DNA of 64,000 nucleotides from an uncultured Alphaproteobacteria bacterium (GTDB lineage Bacteria; Pseudomonadota; Alphaproteobacteria; CAAHEQ01; UBA3637): NCBI GenBank assembly GCA_944392795.1, contig CALXXX010000037.1, positions 601 to 64,600 of the forward strand, read 5' to 3'. Shown piece by piece: positions 56,955 to 64,000 of this stretch (position 1 is its first letter; each line of letters starts with the position of its first letter). The notes under the pieces were generated by a model. It saw only the letters and a program-made list of their open reading frames with translations, ran no database searches and was not told where the DNA came from. The position numbers and the translations under genes were made by a program.

Positions 56955-59375
56955 ATGAAAAAACATTTTTTAATGCGACTTCTGGCAACACTTGTTAGCC
57001 TGTTTTTTTTCTTTAGCTTTATTCTGCTCGGAATAGGGATGTTCGTGGCTATTCATTTCAGCCAAGATTTACCGGATTATCGACAACTCGAAAAATATGA
57101 ACCGCTCATTACTAGCCGTTTATATGCCAGTGATGGTCAGCTCTTGGCTGAATATGCCGAAGAAAAAAGAATTTTTGTCCCTATTACAGCTATTCCAAAA
57201 CGTGTTATTCAAGCTTTTATTTCTGCTGAAGACAAAAATTTCTATAACCATGGCGGTATTGATTTCGTCGGTATCGCCAGAGCGGTTATTATTAACATCA
57301 AAAATATCGGAACAAATAAACGCTTGGTCGGAGCTTCTACAATTACACAACAAGTTGCTAAAAACTTTCTTTTAACTAATGAAATGTCTTTTAAACGTAA
57401 AATTAAAGAAGCTTTATTGGCTCGGCGGATTGAACAAACCTTCGATAAAGATCACATCTTAGAGCTTTATTTAAATCAAATTTATCTAGGTTTCCGCTCT
57501 TACGGCGTTGCCTCAGCGGCGTTAATGTATTTCAACAAATCCATGGATGAACTAACTTTAGCAGAAACAGCTTTCCTAGCAGCCTTACCAAAAGGTCCCA
57601 ATAATTACAATCCACTTACGAATTATGATAACGCTATTCAACGGCGTAATTGGGTACTTGATCGTATGGCCGAAGAAGGATACATCTCTGCTACTGAAGC
57701 TAACGAAGCCAAAAAAGAACCTATTGTCGTGCAAGAACGTGAGTTAAATGAAACTGTTAAAAATGCGGATTATTACAATGAAGAAATTCGGCGCATGATT
57801 GAAAAAAGATACGGTGAAAACGCACTCTATCAAGGCGGTTTATCCATTCGAACTTCTTTGGACCCTCATTTACAAAATATTGCCGTCGATGTTCTTTTAA
57901 AAGGTCTTTTGTCTTATGATAAAAGACATGGCTATCGCGGGCCCGTTCAGCATTTTCAGACCTTGGATAATTGGACAGAAAATTTAAATACGATTACTCG
58001 TCCGGCCTACTTACCCGAAAGCTGGAAAACAGCTGTTGTTCTTTCAATGGATGAAGAGAATACAACTATTGGATTGGCGGACGGCAGTCAAGGTATCATA
58101 CCGGTAAAAGACATGCGTTGGGCTAGAAAAGCCTTACCAGACGGTTATGTCGATAAAGATGTCGTTGTCCCATCTGATGTTTTCAGTGTTGGAGATGTTA
58201 TTTATGTTGAAGGTAAAGAAAATAAAAACGGAATAGTTTTTTATTATTTACAGCAATTTCCAGAAGTTGAAGGCGCTATCGTTGCTTTAGATCCCCATAC
58301 GGGCCGTGTTCTTGCCATGGTCGGAGGGCTGAGTTATCAACGTTCTCAATTTAATCGAGCGGTTCAAGCGTATCGTCAACCCGGTTCTTCTTTTAAACCT
58401 TTCGTTTACTTAACGGCTTTAGATAACGGGTTCACACCATCCAGTTTAATTTTGGATGCGCCTCTTGTCGTCGATCAAGGACCTGGACAAGAAAAATGGA
58501 AACCACGAAACTATACAAAAATATTTTATGGTCCGACAACTTTACGCGTAGGTATTGAAAAGTCCCGTAATTTAATGACAGTTCGGCTGGCTCAAGCTGT
58601 CGGAATTGATAAAACAGTTGAATATGCAAAAAAATTCGGTATCGCTGATAATTTACAACCCGTTTTATCCATGGCCTTAGGGTCGGGTGAAACAACTTTG
58701 CTCCGATTAACCACAGCTTATGCAATGTTAGTCAACGGCGGCAAAAAAATTACACCGAATTTAATCGACCGCATTCAAGATAGAACCGGCAAAACAATCT
58801 ATAAACATGACAAACGTCCTTGTCCAAATTGCCAAGGAAGCATGGCAACAAATGCCGTCGTTCCTGAAATTCCTGATGAACGCGAACAAATACAAGACCC
58901 CGTCAGCGCTTATCAAATGGTTAATATTATGACTGGCGTGGTTGAACGAGGAACAGGACGTATTGCTCAAACTGTCAAACGGACTTTGGCCGGGAAATCA
59001 GGAACCAGTAATGATAACTTTGATACTTGGTTTATTGGTTTCTCTCCAGACTTGGTGGTCGGTGTATATGTCGGATATGATACACCGAGAACTTTGGGAC
59101 CAAGAGACACCGGAGGTGTTGTTGCCGCACCGATTTTCCGTGATTTTATGGCTGCAGCACTTAAAGATAAACCGGATATTCCTTTCCGTGTTCCTCCCGG
59201 GGTCCGACTGGTACGCGTCAACCTTAAAACAGGCAAACCTGCTAAACCCGGAGATAAAGAAGTTATTTTAGAAGCGTTCAGAAAAGAAACTGATTTGAAC
59301 TATGAAACACCTATCATCGGACAAGATGTGACATTAAAACCAGAAAACGTTCCAGATTTAGGAGGACTTTACTAA
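56955..59375 (+). CDS. mrcA: Penicillin-binding protein 1A (bifunctional glycosyltransferase/transpeptidase)
   Basis: Signal-anchor TM. GT51 motifs (EDKNFYNHGGID, RLVGASTITQQVAKN). Transpeptidase SxxK (GSSFKP), SxN and KSG (KSGTS) motifs. 806 aa. Confidence 0.88.
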   Translation: MKKHFLMRLLATLVSLFFFFSFILLGIGMFVAIHFSQDLPDYRQLEKYEPLITSRLYASDGQLLAEYAEEKRIFVPITAIPKRVIQAFISAEDKNFYNHGGIDFVGIARAVIINIKNIGTNKRLVGASTITQQVAKNFLLTNEMSFKRKIKEALLARRIEQTFDKDHILELYLNQIYLGFRSYGVASAALMYFNKSMDELTLAETAFLAALPKGPNNYNPLTNYDNAIQRRNWVLDRMAEEGYISATEANEAKKEPIVVQERELNETVKNADYYNEEIRRMIEKRYGENALYQGGLSIRTSLDPHLQNIAVDVLLKGLLSYDKRHGYRGPVQHFQTLDNWTENLNTITRPAYLPESWKTAVVLSMDEENTTIGLADGSQGIIPVKDMRWARKALPDGYVDKDVVVPSDVFSVGDVIYVEGKENKNGIVFYYLQQFPEVEGAIVALDPHTGRVLAMVGGLSYQRSQFNRAVQAYRQPGSSFKPFVYLTALDNGFTPSSLILDAPLVVDQGPGQEKWKPRNYTKIFYGPTTLRVGIEKSRNLMTVRLAQAVGIDKTVEYAKKFGIADNLQPVLSMALGSGETTLLRLTTAYAMLVNGGKKITPNLIDRIQDRTGKTIYKHDKRPCPNCQGSMATNAVVPEIPDEREQIQDPVSAYQMVNIMTGVVERGTGRIAQTVKRTLAGKSGTSNDNFDTWFIGFSPDLVVGVYVGYDTPRTLGPRDTGGVVAAPIFRDFMAAALKDKPDIPFRVPPGVRLVRVNLKTGKPAKPGDKEVILEAFRKETDLNYETPIIGQDVTLKPENVPDLGGLY

Positions 59376-60509
59376 TGCGCGCGGAATACGCTAATACATT
59401 AACAGCCATTGAGCAATCACTCGGATTGCTAAGGAGGCATCTTTGACTTGGACAAAGCCCTGTCTCGACAACAAGAATTAGCGGCCTTAACAGAAGATCC
59501 CAATTTATGGAATGATGCTCCAAAAGCCCAAAAATTGATGACTGAAAAAAATCGGCTGGATGCAGATATTGCTGATTATCAACGATTAGAGCAGAATAAA
59601 AAAGACCTAGCCGACTTAATTGAATTGGCGGAATCAGAAAATGACGAAACAGTCTTAGCTGAAGCCGCAGCTCAATTAGAAGCACTTCAAAAAGAAGCCG
59701 CAGCTAAAGAACTTGAAAGCCTGTTATCCGGAGAAGCAGACAGTAATGATACATTCCTTGAAATTCATCCTGGAGCCGGCGGAACAGAAGCTCAAGATTG
59801 GGCTGATATGCTTTTACGGATGTATACTTTCTGGGCCAACAAACATGATTATCAAGTTGAATGCTTAGAAGAAAGTCCTGGAGAAGAAGCCGGTATAAAA
59901 TCCGCTATTTTAAAAATCAAAGGGAAAAATGCTTATGGCTGGTTAAAAACAGAAAGTGGCGTGCACCGCTTGGTTCGAATTTCTCCATTTGATGCAAATG
60001 CTCGGCGACATACAAGCTTTGCTTCCGTATGGGTTTATCCCGTTATTGATGACAGCATAGAAGTCAATATTAACCCAGCTGATTGCCGTATTGATACTTA
60101 TCGAGCTTCAGGCGCAGGCGGACAACACGTTAATAAAACGGATAGTGCTATTCGCATTACACACCTTCCGACCGGTATTGTTGTTCAATGCCAGAATCAA
60201 CGCAGCCAATTTGCTAACCGAGACGAAGCTTGGAGCATGCTTCGTGCTCGTTTATATGAGCTTGAGCTAAAAAAACGCGCTGAAAAAACAGAAGCCATTG
60301 AAGCAACAAAAGCAGATATCGGATGGGGCCATCAGATTCGCTCTTACGTCTTACAACCTTATCAACTTGTAAAAGACCTTCGCACGGATGTCGAAACTTC
60401 AGATACAGCCGGCGTCTTAAACGGAGATATTGATTTATTTTTATCTGCCGCTTTGGCATCACATATTCAAACAGAAGATGAACAACTTTTGGGGGGCTCT
60501 CATGGATGA
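59375..60509 (+). CDS. prfB: Peptide chain release factor 2 with programmed +1 ribosomal frameshift (frame 0 59375-59443, frame +1 from 59445)
   Basis: ATG at 59375 overlaps the mrcA stop (TAATG). Frame 0 reads [23 protein letters not shown] and stops at TGA 59444-59446, inside the classic context AGGAGG CAT CTT TGA C. The +1 frame continues [16 protein letters not shown]… through the SPF and GGQ motifs to 60509. Confidence 0.85.
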
Positions 60510-61170
60510 TAAAATCCGCGGTTTTACACTGTTTAAAAAAACACGAGAAATTGATAGTAAAATTACAGAGTTTTTAAATAACATTTCAGAAGGCGGTTTG
60601 TTATTTGAACGCGCCGTAGATTTATATTTGGCTGATGGTTTTACAGATGAATTTAATAAAAAACGTCAGGAAGTCAGCGCTTTTGAAGTTAGAAATGACC
60701 AACTTCGTCGAGATATTGAATCTCAGCTATATGAACATACGCTTTTACCGGATTCCAGAGCAGATGTTTTGTTATTACTAGAGGGTGTTGATCGAACAAT
60801 CAACAAATACGAAAGTGCCTTATTTATGTACTCAAATGAAAAACCAATTATTCCTGACGTTTTTGACGCAGCTTTCAAGGAGTTAGTTGAAACGGTTGTA
60901 GATTGTGTAGAAGCTTTAGTCGTTTCCGCACGCAGTTTTTTTGCCATGAATGGGGAGATTGAAAATTCGCTCCATAAAGTAATGTTCTTTGAAAAACAGG
61001 CTGATCAGCAAGGAACTACTCTTAAAAGTGCGATTTTTGATAATCCTGAATTAGAACTCGCACATAAGCTTCAGTTAAAATTCTTTGAACAAGCCATAGA
61101 AGAAATTTCAGATATTGCTGAAGATGTTGCTGATAGTTTAACCGTTATGGCAGTGAAAAGGTCATTCTAA
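60502..61170 (+). CDS. DUF47-family (PhoU-like) phosphate-transport regulator
   Basis: Start [13 protein letters not shown] overlaps the prfB stop (ATGGATGA). Helical protein of about 220 aa immediately upstream of a PiT transporter, which is the canonical DUF47-pit pair. Confidence 0.7.
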   Translation: MDDKIRGFTLFKKTREIDSKITEFLNNISEGGLLFERAVDLYLADGFTDEFNKKRQEVSAFEVRNDQLRRDIESQLYEHTLLPDSRADVLLLLEGVDRTINKYESALFMYSNEKPIIPDVFDAAFKELVETVVDCVEALVVSARSFFAMNGEIENSLHKVMFFEKQADQQGTTLKSAIFDNPELELAHKLQLKFFEQAIEEISDIAEDVADSLTVMAVKRSF

Positions 61171-62216
61171 TGCTGATTACCTTGTTTTATTTATCCAGCG
61201 GATTGTTTTTAGGTTGGACCTTAGGAGCCAACAATATGAGCAGTGTTTTTGGAACTGCTGTCGGCACAAAAATGGTTTCTTTTCGAACGGCCGCTATTAT
61301 TGCCGGCATTTGTGTTATCTTAGGTGCTGTTTTCAGTGGAGCCGGTGTTTCTGAAACGATGGAAAATTTGGGACCTATTACCACATTACCAGCTGCTTTT
61401 ATTACAGCTTTAGCTGCCGCTTTCACTGTTTTTCTGATGACGCAAGCTGCTTTACCTATCTCGGCCACACAAGCGATTGTCGGTAGCATTATCGGATGGA
61501 GCCTTTATACACATACCAGTGTTAATGTCCCCATCGTTTTAGATATTGTCGTCGCATGGTTTACTAGTCCGATTTTGGCTGCTTTTTTTGCATTAGCGTT
61601 AATGCTTCTCCTCAAAGCTTATTTAAAAGCAAAACCAATTGGTATGCTTTATCGAGATGCTTATACTCGATTAGGACTGATTATTGCCGGTGCTTGTTCT
61701 GCCTATGCACTGGGAGCCAATAATATTGGTAATGTAATGGGACCTTTTGTCGCCGTCATTCCGTTCCGTCCAATTATTCTTACAGATGCAATTATCATTA
61801 CCCCCTTACAACAACTTTTTTTCTTAGGCGGTTCTGCAATTGCTCTGGGGATTTTCACTTATTCACGCTCTGTCATTAAAACAGTCGGTGATGGTTTATT
61901 AAAAATGTCTCCGATTGAAGCTTTTGTCGTGGTCACAAGTCATGCTTTAGTTTTATTTTTATTTTCTTCTACCTCCCTTAAAACTTTTCTTGAAACGCAT
62001 CATCTTCCTTCTTTTCCCCTTGTTCCGTTATCCAGCGCAGGTGCAGTGATCGGAGCTGTTATAGGCGTGTCTTTATTAAAAAAAGGGCAGGGCCTCCGAT
62101 TGAGTGAACTATGGCGTGTGGCTCGCGGTTGGATTATTACTCCTCTCTTAGCTGCCATTATTTGTTTCTTCGCTTTATTCTTTATGGAAAATGTTTTTAC
62201 GCAACAGGTCTTTTAA
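61170..62216 (+). CDS. pit: Inorganic phosphate transporter, PiT family
   Basis: GANNMSSVFGTAVGTK and GANNIGNVMGPF PHO4 signature repeats. 348 aa, polytopic. The start overlaps the upstream stop (TAATG). Confidence 0.82.
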   Translation: MLITLFYLSSGLFLGWTLGANNMSSVFGTAVGTKMVSFRTAAIIAGICVILGAVFSGAGVSETMENLGPITTLPAAFITALAAAFTVFLMTQAALPISATQAIVGSIIGWSLYTHTSVNVPIVLDIVVAWFTSPILAAFFALALMLLLKAYLKAKPIGMLYRDAYTRLGLIIAGACSAYALGANNIGNVMGPFVAVIPFRPIILTDAIIITPLQQLFFLGGSAIALGIFTYSRSVIKTVGDGLLKMSPIEAFVVVTSHALVLFLFSSTSLKTFLETHHLPSFPLVPLSSAGAVIGAVIGVSLLKKGQGLRLSELWRVARGWIITPLLAAIICFFALFFMENVFTQQVF

Positions 62217-64000
62217 ATGAAAATAAAAAAAGCCACTCACCTGATTTTTAAAATTTTCTACCGCATTATAGAGGTGTGTATTGCTTTAACTCTAGTCTTG
62301 ACAATCTTAGGAATAACTCGTTTAGCTTCGGGCCCCGTCGAAGTTAAAAGTCTAACACCCATTTTAGTCGATATTTTAACACCTGAAGATACAAACCTCA
62401 GTGTTGAAATTGAAAGTGCTTATATTGAACTTGGCTTCCAAAACGGCCGCTTCTTAGATATAAAGGCGACAAACCTTGTTCTATTACGCTCTGACGATTC
62501 TGTTCTTGCCAGTGTTCCGGAAGCAACAATATCTCTCAATCCATTGCGCCTCATGATTGGCGATTTTGTTCCTTCTTCTATATATATGAAACAACCTTAT
62601 CTGCAAATAGAACTTGGAAAAAACAATGGTCAAACCTATGATGAAAGCTCATTATCAGAAGCTGTCGCAAAAGGCATGTACTATGCTTTAAGTCATATGG
62701 ATAATCTTCAACATCTAAAAATAGAAAAAGGAGAACTTGTTTTCGATTTTGTCAAACTTGAACACTCTCTCTTAGTGCCAGAGTTAAATGTGGAAATTTC
62801 TAACTTGGGACCCAACGAGTTAGATGTCCAGCTTTATGCCAATACTTATCTTGACGGAGCTTTTACCCCCTTCTGGTTGAAAGGCATTTATGAACGCGCT
62901 TCTCAGACATTAACTTTCGAAGCAAATTATAGAGATTTAGTTCTATCAAAATACTCCTTTCTTATGTCTCTGTTAAAAGGAATAAACATCACCTTAGACG
63001 GACAATTTAACGGAAAATTCAACCTTGGAGATATTAATAAAGGAGCTCGCTTTATTGCTAATCGTCTCTCTTTTACAGCCTCAGTCGACACAGAAAGCTA
63101 TATTTATCTACCAAAGCCCCTTGATACAACATATCCTATTCAAAAAATGCTATTAAATGGCAGTTTCTCTTCTTATTTAGAAGACTTGAATATCCGCCGC
63201 TCTTCATTGGTCTTAGACGGACCTTTAGTTGATTTAAATGCTTCAATTCGAGGATTAGGTAATTATCTTGATACCGGCAATTTAGATTCAATTGAAACTT
63301 CATTAACCTCGACCATTCATCATGTTCCTATTCAACAAGTTCCTGATGTTTGGCCTTCTTTGTTAGGACCTGATGCTCATACTTGGGTTAAAAATAATAT
63401 TACCAAAGGCAATGTCGATACGGCACATTTCATTCTAAATTTCAAAGGACAAGAACTCCTGGAAGTAAAAGGATTGCTCAATGTGTCAAATGGCGTCGTC
63501 AGATATTTGGAAGGGATACCGGAAGTAACAGATGTAACAGCTAATGTTATTCTTCAATTAGGTCGTGTTGATATTGATATATTATCTGGACGTTCCGGAA
63601 ATTTAAAATTAAAACACGGCCTTCTTCATTTTACAGATCTTTTAACCGACACAGAACTAGCAGATATTGAATTAACAACTGAAGGTCCTATTCAAGACGC
63701 GTTAGAATTGATTTCTTTACCTCCTTTAGATTTACTCGCCAACTTTGATTTAAATCCGACAACAATCAAAGGCTCAGCTTCGGCAGATATATCTCTGCAT
63801 TTTCCTCTGAAAGAAACACTGACGGCTCAGGAAGTAAAAGTCTCAATCAAAGCTGAATTGAGCCAAGCAGAAGCAGATGTTCCCCAAACAACTTATCGAT
63901 TAAAAGATGGACAATTTCATCTGAATATTGATAACAATCAATTAAAAATGAATGGAACTGCTTTATTAGATGAAATTCCGATCCACCTGGTTTGGAAAGA
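62217..64000 (+). CDS. AsmA/YhdP-like (DUF3971) large envelope protein, 5' portion (continues beyond window)
   Basis: ATG directly after the pit stop. N-terminal TM (IIEVCIALTLVLTILGI). A long beta-rich periplasmic region with repeated hydrophobic/polar patterning typical of AsmA-like proteins. The frame is open to the window end. Confidence 0.55.
   Translation, partial: MKIKKATHLIFKIFYRIIEVCIALTLVLTILGITRLASGPVEVKSLTPILVDILTPEDTNLSVEIESAYIELGFQNGRFLDIKATNLVLLRSDDSVLASVPEATISLNPLRLMIGDFVPSSIYMKQPYLQIELGKNNGQTYDESSLSEAVAKGMYYALSHMDNLQHLKIEKGELVFDFVKLEHSLLVPELNVEISNLGPNELDVQLYANTYLDGAFTPFWLKGIYERASQTLTFEANYRDLVLSKYSFLMSLLKGINITLDGQFNGKFNLGDINKGARFIANRLSFTASVDTESYIYLPKPLDTTYPIQKMLLNGSFSSYLEDLNIRRSSLVLDGPLVDLNASIRGLGNYLDTGNLDSIETSLTSTIHHVPIQQVPDVWPSLLGPDAHTWVKNNITKGNVDTAHFILNFKGQELLEVKGLLNVSNGVVRYLEGIPEVTDVTANVILQLGRVDIDILSGRSGNLKLKHGLLHFTDLLTDTELADIELTTEGPIQDALELISLPPLDLLANFDLNPTTIKGSASADISLHFPLKETLTAQEVKVSIKAELSQAEADVPQTTYRLKDGQFHLNIDNNQLKMNGTALLDEIPIHLVWK

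Noticed and set aside
60430-60501. Upstream start ([11 protein letters not shown]…) for the DUF47 ORF
   Set aside because: This segment lies within the prfB coding region in another frame. A clean start MDDKIRGF overlapping the prfB stop (ATGGATGA) gives a normal-length DUF47 protein.
1-64000. CRISPR arrays, IS elements, rRNA/tRNA genes
   Set aside because: All tandem repeats seen (virB10, MAAPSG, EPENKQP, Ser/Gly repeats, CC modules) are inside long ORFs and lack spacer-repeat organisation. No transposase-like ORF or terminal inverted repeats, and no tRNA-like cloverleaf candidates, were recognised by eye in the short intergenic regions.

Overview
Low-GC (~36-38% by eye) chromosomal window with alphaproteobacterial, Rhizobiales-like housekeeping synteny: lptG-lptD-surA-rsmA, xerD...aroK, carD, fdxA, htpG, murA, dtd, pepA, mrcA, prfB, DUF47-PiT, an AsmA-like gene, folD-yggU-yggT, and glgA. 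I cannot name the organism. Inside this core, from about 2.2 to 36 kb, sits a multi-operon accessory region that I read as a type IV secretion system (T4SS) of Rickettsiales-like organisation. Its parts are: (1) three tandem VirB6/TrbL-like polytopic membrane paralogs on the + strand (5954-12238), with a signal-peptide/Gly-Ser-rich protein between them. (2) A minus-strand operon VirB8-like / small lipoprotein (VirB7-like) / VirB8 / VirB9 / VirB10 / VirB11 (29599 down to 17805). Its VirB10 is a 2443-aa giant: a normal N-terminal anchor and C-terminal VirB10 domain separated by about 1750 aa of short degenerate repeats plus three ~231-bp tandem repeats, analogous to Helicobacter CagY. (3) Upstream in the same orientation, three VirB5/TrbJ-like secreted paralogs, a 546-aa secreted protein, and an 823-aa signal-peptide protein built from ~20-aa Ser/Gly/Trp repeats. 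(4) Between the two T4SS blocks, a + strand module: a tandem-HTH (XRE) regulator, two very acidic proteins, a divergent secretin-like protein, and a small membrane or lipoprotein partner. Other notable items: the lptG and lptD reading frames are fused in one 1078-aa ORF; prfB carries its programmed +1 frameshift; a 563-aa secreted protein is built from di-cysteine (CC) modules; an ApaH-like protein has degenerate catalytic motifs; four clean hairpin-plus-T-run terminators lie between genes. No rRNA, tRNA, CRISPR array, IS element or transposase was recognised.
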